DNA of 64,000 nt, taken from positions 357,306,001 through 357,370,000 of the forward strand of contig OZ024743.1 in the NCBI GenBank assembly GCA_964016885.1, in the 5' to 3' direction. Below, one piece after another: positions 13,141 through 26,240 of this stretch (position 1 is its first letter; every line of letters starts with the position of its first letter). The translations under genes were made by a program, and so were the position numbers. The notes under the pieces were generated by a model that saw only the letters and a list, made by a program, of their open reading frames with translations, had not been told where the DNA came from and ran no database searches. The stretch comes from Eledone cirrhosa (Eukaryota).

Positions 13141-14341
13141 TATATATATATATATTGACAGATGCATATTTTGTTAGAAAGAAAATAGTGATATTAATAT
13201 AGGCTAGGAGCACCAGGCTTAAAGATGTAAGATAAACTATACTAAATGACAGGCCTTGAAAAATGTAATATACCACGTACATATACTTGTACATGTACAC
13301 ACATACATTCATCCATATGTGCATGCTTACATATATACATATTTATTCCTACATGCATGTATGCATACATACACGCAAACCCACACATATCATTACATAT
13401 CAATATGCCACAACATCAAAACTAACATCCAAGATTTTTTATGGCTTAGTCATAGCGCTGCTTATGACTTTTACAGGTCTTCAGGGACTGAGGAGATCAA
13501 TATAGTTTATGTTCAATTCAATCATCTGAAAGTCAACATCTTGGGAAAGTAGGTAATGTAAGGGGTTTGGGGAGAATTTAGGTGATGAGAGGATGTTAGA
13601 TGATTGTATTGGGTGGGCCTGGCTGGAGGTGGTATACATTTGTTTCACTACCTAGTCAGGGAAGGAAGAACACTGCCGATTTATTTTGAAGTCTCTGAGA
13701 CAAGTGGGGGTAGTAAAGGGAGGAAGGAATCCTTAAACCAGAGTGAAATTCACTTGACACACCAAAGAGTGAAGTGGTGGTGTAACACCAGGCAACAAAT
13801 TAAGTTTATCCACCCAAGTAAACTCCAGTGGGATTTGAACTCAGAAGACAAAGAAATGGAAAAAACAACTACTACCAGGCATCTGACACTCTAGTAATTC
13901 TACCAATTTATTGCCCTGGGCTGGTACTTTATTTTATTGACCCCAAAACAATGATAGAAAAATGTTACCTCAGCAGGATTTGAACTCAAAATGGAGAGAG
14001 ACAAAACAAAGAACACAAAACATTTTTGTCCTCTGCTCTAATGACTGCCAATTCACTATGTTTTTTTTTTAGTTTAGTGGAACAGAGACAATTGTAGTAG
14101 TAACACAAAAGGCAGAGAGAAGAGATAGCATGCTTGTAGGCTAAAAATTGTAGTGCATTGGTTAGTGAGTTATTGCCGATCAGTTCTGCAGCTTTGATTT
14201 CGGATGCAGTCGCAAATGAATGTGCAGGCAAGAGAGAGTGTGTGTGTGTGTGTGTATGTGTGTACAGCAGCAATACTCTATTGTAGGTCTTATATGAGAA
14301 TGTCAGCATTAGACTGCAGCTGAAGTATTTTCTGGCTTTAA

Positions 14342-14562
14342 CCCTTTAGCATTTACATTACTCTACATTTACTATTGTATTTTCACGGTAAAGGCTTTAC
14401 CTTACATAATTATCTCACATAATATCGAATCTATGAGATTTTGATATTATTTATTTTGAGAACAATACCTTAACATCAGTATGAGCAGCTGGTTACAGCC
14501 AGTTTGATCAGAAGGAGGTGAGAGAATTCTGGCTGGATACGGCCGGTTTAAATGCTAAAGGG
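14342..14562. mobile_element. piggyBac-type MITE
   Basis: TTAA|CCCTTTAGCATTTA ... TAAATGCTAAAGGG|TTAA; second copy inverted at 19555-19729. Confidence 0.8.
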
Positions 14563-14566
14563 TTAA

Positions 14567-14801
14567 ACCTTTTTATTACCAAATTTCTAATGAAAGACAT
14601 TTCCTATGCATTTCAAATAATTTTGAAAATAATCAAAAATAAAATAGCTGACTTTAACATTATTATGCTGGTGTTTGTAACATAACTTAACAAAGGTTAT
14701 TAGATAAAATTAAGATGGAAAGTTTTTTTTGATAAATAGAAAAAACTTAAAATAATAAGTCAGAAGCATGGGTGGTTTCATGTGGGTTGGTATCAAAAGG
14801 G
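14567..14801. mobile_element. Second piggyBac-type MITE sharing its TTAA with the first
   Basis: TTAA|ACCTTTTTATTACC ... GGTATCAAAAGGG|TTAA; related degraded copy at about 18765-19017. Confidence 0.6.
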
Positions 14802-15639
14802 TTAAAAAAGAAGTTTTAATATCAGATATGGCACAAAACACACATACACACAGACTCCCTTACCATCCTCCAGGGAAATGTCTGCCCGGGCTACCCGATT
14901 TTCTCACTATTCGGAGAGATGGGGAGGGCGAGAGAGATGGAGGCGGTGACAGTGGTAGTTCGGCTCTTCCTCGTCCGGACCATATCCTTGTGGTTGTGTT
15001 CATTAAACAGTTAATGCGTCTGTTTATGTATTAATAGGTAACTTTGACAACTGAAGTATTGAATGCTACAACATTTGGGAGAGGGGAATATAGTTGATTA
15101 AATCAACACCAGTACTTGACCTGTACACATTTTATTGAATTTGGAGGGATATAAGATTAATTGAGTTTTGTCAAATTTATACGTGGTTGTGTAGTTTAGT
15201 CCCCATTTTTTTTGTCCAGTGTTATATTACAGTTTTAATAATAATTATTACTTTTACTATAGGCACAAGGCCTGGGGAGGGGAAAGTTGATTAAATTGAC
15301 CCTAGTGCATTACTGGTGCTTTATTTTATCGACCCCTGTATGGATGAAAGGCAAAGCTAACTTCAGCTGAATTTGAACTTAGAACGCAAAGGGCCATATC
15401 TCTATGCTGCAAAGCATATTGTCCGACGATCTACTGATACTGTCGATTTCTAATTTAGGCACAAGAGCAAACATTTTAGAGGGAGGGAATCAGTTATATT
15501 GCACTAGTACTATACTGACTCTGGTTTATCAACCCCAGAAGGATGAAAGGCAAAATTGACTATGAATGGATTTGGACTTAGAACAAATACTGCAATGTTA
15601 TAATGGTGTTACCAATAGATTACTCTGCAATTGTTGCTA

Positions 15640-16004
15640 AGGAGGAGGAGGAGGAGGATGGGGAGGGTGGAGGAGGAGGAGGAGGAGGAGGAGGAGGAGG
15701 AGAAGAAGAAGAAGAAGAAGAAGGATGAGGGGGAGGAGGGGTGGGGGTGGAGAAGAAGAAGAAGAAGAAGAAGAAGGATGGGGGGAGGAGGGGTGGGGGT
15801 GGAGAAGAAGAAGGAGGAGGAGGAGGAGGAGGATGGATATGGGGATGGGAGGGGGAGGGTGACGAAGAAGAAGAAGATGGAGGGTGAGGGGTGAGGGGGG
15901 AGAAGAAGACGAAGAAGAAGAGGAAGAAAAAGAAGGAGGGGGGGAGAAGAGGGGAGGGGGGAGAAGAAGAAGAAGAAGAAGAAGAAGGAGGAGGAGGGGG
16001 ATGG

Positions 16005-16037
<33 letters not shown>

Positions 16038-16140
16038 GGAGGAGGAGGAGGAGGAGGTGGGTGACAATGTCAACAATGAGGATAATGACGATGGTGGTGA
16101 AGACGGTAATATGATGGTGATAATCATTATGATGGTAATA
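15640..16140. repeat. Compound (GGA)/(GAA)/(GAT) purine microsatellite
   Basis: Read directly. Confidence 0.95.
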
Positions 16141-16734
16141 ATTTCTAATCCAGGATCAAAGCCACTAATTAATATGAATGAGGTATTGTCAAGTTTAATT
16201 GCTAAAAGCTAATCCTTTTCCAATTCACAATGATTCTTATTGTCTGGTGTTTATCTGCACAGAGTGTGTGTATGTGTGTGCATACATGCATGTGTAGAGT
16301 TAAATGGAACAGGAGGTAAATGTACTCTCCTCCAGGTCTATCACATGTAGCATTTCCCCACAGGAAGAGTTGAACTTGACTCTCTACAAGCTAATGAATC
16401 ATCCATCAAATTTCCAGTGTTGCCATCACTTGATGCTCTTATTCCTAGAGTACTGTGTACTGTCCTTATTTATAGTTAGTTGGACAGGGTCATTTGAGAG
16501 TTAAATAACGTGGCTACAGACAAGATGCATGTACCAAGGACAAGATGAGCAACTAAACTCTTCACTGGAAGTTTTCTGCACTATCTACTAGCCCATCTGT
16601 GTGCTATCATCATCATCATTTTACATCCGCTTTTCCCTGCTTGCAAGGGTGGGACTTATATATATATAATGTACTCAAACACACGTGTATATATAAGTGT
16701 ATAAGTGTGTGTGTGTGTGTATATATATATAAGT

Positions 16735-16980
16735 AATGGGAGACTGAGGTTAGTTGGACATGCTCACTGACATCCAGAGTTGACACTGCACTCAGTGCTC
16801 CTGTGGGAGCCCTTGCATGGACACACTGGAAGAGGAAGACGAAGGTTAACGTATGTTGATGCCTTAAGGACAGACACTGGTCTGTTGGAGACGCAGGACA
16901 TGGCAGCGATAATGAGGGACAGAGACCGCTGGAGAGAACTCGTCCATGGATCTCGGGAATTTTACCCGCCCTAGATAGAT
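16735..16980 (+). pseudogene. RTE-like LINE 3' end
   Basis: RLRLVGH..VLLWEP.HG..GRGRRRLTYVD..DRDRWR followed by a tagataga tail. Confidence 0.65.
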
Positions 16981-17413
16981 ATGTATATATATATATATAT
17001 ATGAACCCATAAAGAAAATGTATGTTTGTGTGTGTACATATATAATGGAGTCACTGTGAGTATTTTAAGCTGTGATCATATCACAGCTACCATAGTATCT
17101 GAGTAAGAAGAATATTAACATATGGATATCATGATTATTATCATTCATCAGTAATGCTTACTTACAACGATATAATGAGCAGTTGAAGTTAATGACTTCT
17201 TATAGATTTTCTAAATGAATTATTTTCTTGATGGCTCATTTCCATATAGTACAAGACTGACAGGTTAGAAATATTCAGCAGTAGCTCAAACACAGTGTGC
17301 TAAAGAGTGGAGGCATATATAAACCTATATACAATATGTTTCATAATCATTTGTGACTTATGTGTGATTACATAATGTAAACTGGAAATAAAAGCTAATA
17401 TATTATCATTATT

Positions 17414-17820
17414 GGATTGGCAGTATCGGTAGAGCATCAAACACCATGCTTTGTTGCATAGAGTTACACCCCTTTACATTCTGAGTTTGAATTCTGCTGA
17501 GGTTAGCTTTTTCTTTCATCCTTACAGGGTTGATAAAATAAAGTACCTCTAATGCACTGGGGTAATCGCTGGCCTTGTGGCAAAATTAGAAACAATTATT
17601 TATATTATTATTATATTTATTGGATTGGTAGTATCGGTAGTGTATCAGACACTGTTTTGCAGCATTGAGTTACGTCCCTTTATGTTCTGAGTTCAAATCC
17701 TTCTGAGGTTAGCTTTGCCTTTCATCTTTACATGGTCGATAAAATGAAGCACCAGTAATGCACTGGAGTCGATTACATCGACCCCCCAGTTACTGGCCTT
17801 GTGCCAATAGTAGAAATCAT
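17414..17820 (+). mobile_element. Two tandem diverged SINE copies
   Basis: SINE consensus twice; older copies at about 15240-15590, 17835-18190, 18490-18650 and 20150-20750. Confidence 0.8.
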
Positions 17821-19554
17821 TATCATCATTTTAAGCAGTGGATTTGCAGAATCATTAGAGGGCTTAAAAATATTTTGCAGTATTTGTTCCAACTCTTTAA
17901 ATTCTGATTTCAAAACCTGCAAGGGTCAACTTTACTTTTCATCCTTCCAGAGTTGATAAAAAACAGTACTAGTCAAGTGCAGCAGGGATTAAATTGACTT
18001 CCCAGGCCTTGTGTTTTAATTAAAGATCAATAATAATAAATTGTAACTTTAGCAAATGGTCATATACTTTGTAGTTGGCTAAATAATACTTTTTTTATCA
18101 ACCCTGAAAGGAGGTAAAGCAAAGTTGACCGTTGCAGGATTTGAACTGAGAATATAAAGGTATGTACTGAAATAAAGTGTTGTACTCTACTGTTTCTGTC
18201 ATTCATCAATCAAACAACTAGGTGAGAAAATAAAATGGGTTTCATCCATTTGTCTGGGACACTAACAGAATCAGTTCTAAGACATCAATCACAGATCCAG
18301 TTCTTTCTCAAGTTATTACACAATCATAACATCTCTTACTACAACTATTGTGATTCTAACAAGGAACTTTCTAAGTGGTCAGTCAACCTGTTAGAAACAG
18401 AAACCAAATCTCCTTCAAATTATGCCCTACATTCTTGAGTTCAACCCTCTCCAGGTCTGAACACAGCCGATTTTTTCTATAGAGAAAGAATCGATCCCAG
18501 TGTTGGACTGGTAGTTTTTTTTATTGACCTCAAAAGGATGAAAGGCAAAGTTGACCCGGGTGGGATTTGAACTCAGAGCGCACAATGAGGTGGGACGGAT
18601 ACCGTAAAGCATTCTATCTGACATGTTAACGACTTTGCCAATTTGCTGCATAATGTAGAAGACAAGATTATTGGAATGTTTTGGGTTGTAAATCTGGAGC
18701 TAAACAACAATAACAATAATAACTATCTTTTCAATAGGAGAGTCTGTATGTTATTAGTCCCAGCACTTTTGATGCCAAACTGTCTGAATCTGCCCCTGGT
18801 CTTATGATACAAAGCTGTTTATTTGAAAGTGTTTATATTTATATAAAAGCCTTCCATCATAATTTTATGTAAGAACCTTTATTAAGTTATGATTTAAATT
18901 CCACCTTACTGATAAGAAAATTAGTTATTTCTCAAACCCTCAAAATTCTTGATTATTTTGAAAATGAACTGAAAATTATAGGCAGTGACTGTTATTAGAA
19001 ATATGATGACAAAAGGGTTAAGAATTTATTCATCACAACTCCTTTAGTAGTGACAATGATGGAAGTACTATTACAATGGGCAGATAATGACATTTTTCTT
19101 TCTACTGTTGAGTTTGAAGAAGTGATAGCACATCTTTAGTATTTCAGTTATTGTCATGAAACTCCTTGTGATGAAGTATTGTATGGGATGCCATCAGAAG
19201 TCAGCTAAGTGAAACTTCACCCATACTACAATAACAGCAATAACAAAGACAAATCTTCTAATCATTGTCATTATAAAATATATATTGGGTTAATGAATTT
19301 GGATAAATATAATATTCAATACATCACTCTTTGACTTATTCAAAGTCATGCCATTGGAACATTCTAGTTATTTTCCTTAGCTTATCTTTTAAAATATGTA
19401 AATTCTATTGGTCATAAACTATTAGTAACTCTTTTTTGAGTGATGGCACAGACCTCTGTACAGTGAATTAATTCAGTCTCTAAAAATGTGGCTAGAATAG
19501 TTTACACTAAGAACTACTATCAAATACTTACATCAGAGCTGGATTAAACATTAA

Positions 19555-19729
19555 CCCTTTAGCATTTAAACTAGCCATAATTCTCTCACCTCTTTCTGTT
19601 CAAACCGGCCATAACCAGCTGCTCATACTTATGTTAAGGTATTGTTCTCAAAATAAATAATATCAAAATCTCATAGATTCGATATTGAAAATAGAATTGT
19701 ATATATAGAGTAATGTAAATGCTAAAGGG
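19555..19729. mobile_element. piggyBac-type MITE
   Basis: TTAA on both sides and CCCTTTAGCATTTA TIRs. Confidence 0.8.
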
Positions 19730-20779
19730 TTAAGTAAAATAAACATATGCTTAGGGCATCAAGGGAAGAGGAGGCACCATTTTATTCAAATTAAATGTAT
19801 TTGTCATTTCCCAAATTCTTTTTACAGACTTTATATATGGGTCATCAGAATCCTTTAAGCATTTAGTACAACAAAAGGAGTTAATCTGGCCCTGCATTAT
19901 AGTCAACCATTGAATTGCTCCAAGTGGATTAGGGCTCATTTGAAGTGAGGCTTTTGATAAGGTGGAGGTTGTCAAGGATAAATCTACCAGGAATTGCAGA
20001 GGTCTGATTATTTTCAGCCACACTACTATCAACGAGTGCCAACCTCATAACTGACTTTATTTCATTCTGTGAGGATCACGGAGAGTCCCTTACAATGACC
20101 CTTGCCAATCCTGCTAAGATTTTAATCAAAACATAGAGTGACTTTAATAATAATGGTTTCTGATTTAGGCACAAGGCCAACAATTTTGAGGGAGGAAAGA
20201 GGCAATTAAATTAACCCTAGTGCATTACTGGTACTTTATTTTATTGACCCTGTAAGGATGAAAGGTTAAGCTAACCTCAACAGGATTTGAACTCTGAAAT
20301 GTAAAGAGATGTAACCATATGCCACAAAGCATGTTGTCCGACAATCTACCAATACTGTCAGTAATTTCTAGAATAGGCACAAGGCCAGGCATTTGGAGGG
20401 AGGTGTTAGTCAATTACATCAACTACAATACTTGCCTGGTAATTTGTGTTATCAACCCCTGGAAGGATAAAATGCAAAGCTGACATCAGCAGTATTTAAC
20501 ACAAAAAGTTATAACTAAAAATTGCATGACATCTTGTCAAAATAATAATCGTTTTGAATGGAGGTACCAGGCTGGCAATCAGTGAATGTGGGGTGGTGGG
20601 GGTGATTAGATCAAGCTCAATACTTGATTGTTACTTTACATTATTGACCTCAGGAGGATAAAAAGGAAAGTCAACTTTGGCAGGATTTGAATTCATTATG
20701 TAAAGAGCTGTAACTAGATACCACAAATCATTCTCTCCGATGCTCTAATAATTCTGAAGGCTAGACGGGAAACTTTTTT

Positions 20780-21132
20780 GAAAATTTTAATTCTGCCAAA
20801 ACACTATATATGGCCCAGTTCCATAATCTGATCCTGGTGTAAGACTTCGGCGATTTCATCAGGTGTTGATTGCAGAATTAGTTATATAAGACAACAGGAT
20901 CACAGCGAACACAATTCAGGAATGGCCTGCCAATTAGGTGTTATTGTAATGGAGAATGGTTTGCCGTTATAATAACACCAAATTGGCAGGTCATTTTTGA
21001 ACCAAATCTATCCTCTATTCTCTGTTTGTGTTCACTGTAATCCTGTTGTCTTATATAACTAATTCATTCTGCAATCAACACCTGATGAAATTACCTAAGA
21101 CTTGCATCAGGATCGGATGATAAAACTGGGCC

Positions 21133-21135
<3 letters not shown>
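20780..21135. mobile_element. PLE pseudo-LTR palindrome with degenerate long-stem-II hammerheads
   Basis: Inverted arms each contain aacacCTGATGAaat; related copy at 47520-47830 supplies gatatcGAAAtatatata. Confidence 0.6.
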
Positions 21136-21206
<71 letters not shown>

Positions 21207-21263
21207 ATGAGAAGAAAGAATACTGCGTGGTTGCACATGGGTTACATATGATAAAAATAGTCC

Positions 21264-21329
21264 TTCGTCAGTGATTTTCCAACCTTCATTGGTATTTCAT
21301 CGCTTTAAAAATCATATACCTCCGGTTGG
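21264..21329 (-). ncRNA. Putative non-circularly permuted hammerhead ribozyme (A1)
   Basis: CCAACC-gga-GGUAU-A^UGAUUUU-uaaagcgau-GAAA-UACC-aaugaa-GGUUGG-AAAAUCA-CUGACGA-A. Confidence 0.7.
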
Positions 21330-21788
21330 CGCGAGCAATAGCTAAATAAAGCTATTGGGACAAGTAAATCGCGTAAAGCGAGCGAGACAAGTAAACAAAC
21401 ATAGAAGGATGATAGCAACGCAAAGATAGGAAAAAACAAGCAGCATGGGAATCCGGTCAGCTTAAGCTGGGTGGATTTCATGAGCGAGCGTAATACAGAC
21501 CGTCCGACGTGAGTGAGATGTGAGCAAGAAGAGAACCCACTACATGCCAAACGGGAGGAAGTGAGAAGGGGAGAAACAGAGAGTGAGTGAGTGGAAGTGC
21601 GAGGAAGAGGCCAGTCGAGAGAAAGTGTAACTGACAGAGAGGTCGAAAGAAGGTGAGAGAAACAGAGAGAGCAGGGAAGCAGTAAGAGAGAAACAGACAA
21701 ACGCAGCCGAGGAAAATATATATAAAAAACATGAGAAGAAAGAATACTGCGTGGTTGCACATGGGTTACATATGATAAAAAATAGTCC

Positions 21789-21854
21789 TTCGTCAGTAAT
21801 TTTCCAACCTTCATTGGTATTTCATCGCTTTAAAAATCATATACCTCAGGTTGG
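21789..21854 (-). ncRNA. Putative non-circularly permuted hammerhead ribozyme (A2)
   Basis: As A1, with one stem I G-C changed to a G-U wobble. Confidence 0.7.
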
Positions 21855-22234
21855 TGCGAGCAATAGCTAAATAAAGCTATTGGGACAAATAAATCGCGTA
21901 AAGCGAGCGAGACAAGTAAACAAACATAGAAGGATGATAGCAACGCAAAGATAGGAAAAAACAAGCAGCATGGGAATCCGGTCAGCTTAACCTGGGTGGA
22001 TTTCATGAGCGAGCGTAATACAGACCGTCCGACGTGAGTGAGATGTGAGCAAGAAGAGAACCCACTACAGGCCAAACGGGAGGAAGTGAGAAGGGGAGAA
22101 ACAGAGAGTGAGTGCGTAGAAGTGCGAGGAAGAGGCCAGTCGAGAGAAAGTGTAACTGACAGAGGGGGTGAAAGAAGGTGAGAGAAACAGAGAGAGCGGG
22201 GAAGCAGTAAGAGAGAAAATATATATATATATAT

Positions 22235-22470
22235 TAGATTGGAAGTCAGTAAAATCAAAGTTGCAGTGTTAGGCCAGCATGCACCGAAAAGACAATATTC
22301 GGAAGCTTTGCACGAACCACTCAATAAGAAAATATCAATAAATCGATATGTTACATCTCAGAGTAATAAACATACATTAAACGGCATGACAAATTGAAAA
22401 CTGTGGTTAAGGAGACAAAGCTACAGAAGCCACCACAACAACGAAAATAAAATCAGGTTAAATAACGATA
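22235..22470 (+). pseudogene. Possible Penelope GIY-YIG C-terminal remnant
   Basis: DWKSVK..KRQYSEALH..KISINRYV across frameshifts. Confidence 0.4.
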
Positions 22471-22473
22471 TAT

Positions 22474-22507
<34 letters not shown>

Positions 22508-22713
22508 TTGAAGTTGGTGGTTCACCACTGGATAGAACTTTCCATTATGTGTAGTTAACCATGATGCAATTGTATTAAAAGCACTCAACGTGATGCAACT
22601 CAATCATCTTTGGTGTAAGATTCTGTTGGTAGTGTGTGGATAGAGTTAAACATTACTGAATAAAGTGACAGGAGCCAGAAAGTTGAAATTCCTTTAAAGT
22701 TTTTATTCTGCAG

Positions 22714-22765
22714 GCACTATATATATTTCAATGACCAGTAAGATTCCAGTGACATCATCAGGTTC
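22714..22765 (-). ncRNA. Degenerate minimal type I hammerhead
   Basis: gaac-CUGAUGA-..-GAAA-UAUAUA-UA-gugc; palindromic stem III loop; stems I and II imperfect. Confidence 0.5.
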
Positions 22766-23006
22766 ATTACATAACAATTACAAAGGAAACATGGTGAACA
22801 CAGGTTGTGTACATGGAGACAAAAATGAAGATAAAATCACTTGGATTGGGAGCAGCCTACATCCGATGCATATATAGTAATAAGAATATTTATATTTATA
22901 TATGTTTAATACAATTATAAATATGGAGGGTAGTACTAAGTACTAGCCTGTTACCGGTATGACAAAAGGCTCAATGCAAGTTTTCAAGTGTTTACAGAGC
23001 CGAGAT

Positions 23007-23550
23007 ACAAAGTGTTACAACGATCAAATTTTAATTTAGAACATTTATTTGCTGACAATTGTTTCTTCCAGAGGGAAGTCTGGAATCATCGAAGTATAGG
23101 GAATGTCGAAACATGTGACTAAAATCCTAGTCATTCAGAACATTATTGTTAGTGTCATAGGTAATATGTGGAGAGTAAGGAGTTAAAAAGATGTTATGCT
23201 TGAGAGAACATAATTACAGGCAGCACTGGTTGAAAGTGTAAAAGGTATAAGCAAAAAGTACAGGCTTATAACTTTTTTGCCTGTACTTTTTGCTTATACC
23301 TTTTACACTTTCAACCAGTGCTGCCTGCAATTATGTTCTCTCAAGCATAACATCTTTTTAACTCCTGACTCTCCACATATTACCTATGACACTAACAACA
23401 ATTATGTACCCTAAATGTTCTGAATGACTAGGATTTTAGTAACATGTTTCGACATTCCCTATACTTCGATGATTCCAGACTTCCCTCTGGAAGAAACAAT
23501 TGTCAAATAAATGTTCTAAATTAAAATTTGATCATTGTAACACTTTGTGT
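23007..23550. repeat. Fold-back palindrome with ~260-bp arms, centre near 23272
   Basis: acaaagtgttacaacgatc...aaaagtacaggc pairs with gcctgtactttt...gatcattgtaacactttgt. Confidence 0.9.
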
Positions 23551-23573
23551 GTGTGTATATATATATATATATA

Positions 23574-23921
23574 TCATCATCATCATCATCATCATCACCG
23601 TTTTACGTCCATTCTTCCACACTAGCATGGGTTAGACAAGTTGTCCTGTTGTAAGCAATGCCAGGTCAGGTGACCATGTCTTGCTCATACAGAACTGATT
23701 TTGGCTAGATTTCTACAGCTGGATGCCCTTCCTAACACCAACCTCATTTACAGTGAGTACTGGGTGCTTTATTACCATGGTGCCTACACAACCACTTTAC
23801 AGTGTGGACTGGGTGCTTTTTTGTTGTGACACCTCGACGACCACTTTGCAGTGGGAGGGGGTGGGGGCATATTGTGTATATGCTTAAGCTTTGGCTTGTA
23901 CCCGTTGGAAGCTGGGTCTTC
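23574..23921 (-). mobile_element. RTE 3' UTR fragment with (GAT)n tail
   Basis: Reverse complement of about 30460-30809. Confidence 0.8.
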
Positions 23922-23938
23922 TGATATATATATATATA

Positions 23939-24591
<653 letters not shown>

Positions 24592-24614
24592 CACACACAT
24601 ACACATGTGTGTGG

Positions 24615-24657
<43 letters not shown>

Positions 24658-25167
24658 CACACACACACACACACGTGTGTGGGTGTGTATGTGTGTGTCT
24701 GTGAAGACCTGCAAAGATTATGCGCATTGTTCCTCTTCCTCTGACTGACTGTCTTATAAAAATATATGTATAGAAAATGGCAGCTGCACATAAGAGGGAA
24801 ATATATCAAGCAAATCAGTGTAGATAGATATGAATACAAAAGGTAATATGAATTGGCACTGAAAAGTTATTCTACTTCAACAAATTTGTATATGTGTGTG
24901 TTCTTTTTTAAGGTTTGTAGTTTGTAGTTGGAGTACAATGTAGGGAGTTCATAGTGGCAGAAATATTAATGTTTTTGCACTTGTTGACAATAAAGAAGGA
25001 CAAGTAATTGTATGATAAAATGTGACAAGTTCTATGATGCTTAGTGTTTGAAGTATGAGATTTCTATGTTAGTAAGAGTAGACAATGGAATTCACTGACT
25101 GACCATAAGATTATAGAGCGAAGAGACTCAAAAAGAGAAATTAATGTATATATATATATATATATAT

Positions 25168-26012
25168 TATAGTAGAATAATCGAGAATCGGAATATCAGC
25201 CCACGAAATCACGATAAACAATATCCGACATGTGTGGCAGAGGGCTCAATAATTTGGATAAATCAGAGCTATAACTATCGTTAAAATACCAACACATAGA
25301 GATCATGCCTAAAATCACTCGTGCAGCCGAAAAAGAACGACCAGGAAGATTCAGGTCACTCAAATAAAATATCAATAAATTAATAAATTAAATGAATGTA
25401 AAAAACTCACCCGGACCCGCTAGAAAGATGTTAAATCTAGCTTCTTGGGTTTCTGCAATTCCTTAATCCAATCACTATCAGCCCACATAAAAAATATATA
25501 AGACTTCTAGAGAAGGGATGAACGCGGAAAGGCTTCGTCAACGAGTTTTCGTCCAATAATACAGAGGGGACCCAAAGCCAAAAACGCACATGGTATTCAG
25601 CAAGGGAGGGAACCCCTATATTAGCGAAAGAATTCGGTGATGTGTAAATTATGTAAGAATACAAATTATCACATATCGAATCAGAGTGCTCAACAGACGT
25701 GTTAAAATAAACAAGAGCTATTCATCAGTCAATAAGATCAACAAAAATAATCATCAATAAAATTAACTGGTCAATAGCTAAGGTCTAGAGCTAAATATAG
25801 TAGAATAATCGAGAATCGGAATATCAGCCCACGAAATCACGATAAACAATATCCGACATGTGTGGCAGAGGGCTCAATAATTTGGATAAATCAGAGCTAT
25901 AACTATCGTTAAAATACCAACACATAGAGATCATGCCTAAAATCACCCGTGCAGCTGAAAAAGAACGACCAGGAAGATTCGGGTCACTCAAATAAAATAT
26001 CAATAAATTAAT
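25168..26012. repeat. Partial tandem duplication (~215-bp direct repeats at 25168 and 25796)
   Basis: Near-identical atagtagaataatcgagaatcgg...aataaattaata blocks; pLTR-like arrangement after (TA)n. Confidence 0.8.
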
Positions 26013-26183
26013 ACATTTATTATTATTACTATGGTCGGACGCTATGCTTTGACACTTAGAGTTACGGCCATTGCCATTCTGAGGTTAACTTTGCCTTTCA
26101 TCCTTACGTGGTTGATAAAATAAAGTACCAGTAATGCACTGGGTAATTGTTGGCCTTGTGCCAAAAGTAGAAACAATTATTAT

Positions 26184-26240
<57 letters not shown>

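Larger units (their letters stand above)
21203..22219 (-). mobile_element. Tandem ~525-bp non-coding repeat (family A), PLE pLTR/retrozyme-like
   Basis: Two near-identical direct units starting at 21203 and 21727, (TA)n-flanked, one rearranged hammerhead per unit; partial copy at 48789-48906. Confidence 0.75.

Noticed and set aside
15609-16127. Poly-S/E/K/R ORFs
   Set aside because: Trinucleotide microsatellite with no coding signature
21261-21314. SECIS element (AUGA..AA..GA), as in selenoprotein-encoding Naiad PLEs
   Set aside because: No 11-12-bp helix II between the quartet strands; the rearranged hammerhead pairing explains the sequence and covaries
21305-22324. Duplicated 164-169-aa hydrophobic ORFs
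   Set aside because: They arise from CT-rich repeat sequence, have different N-termini in the two units, and show no domain
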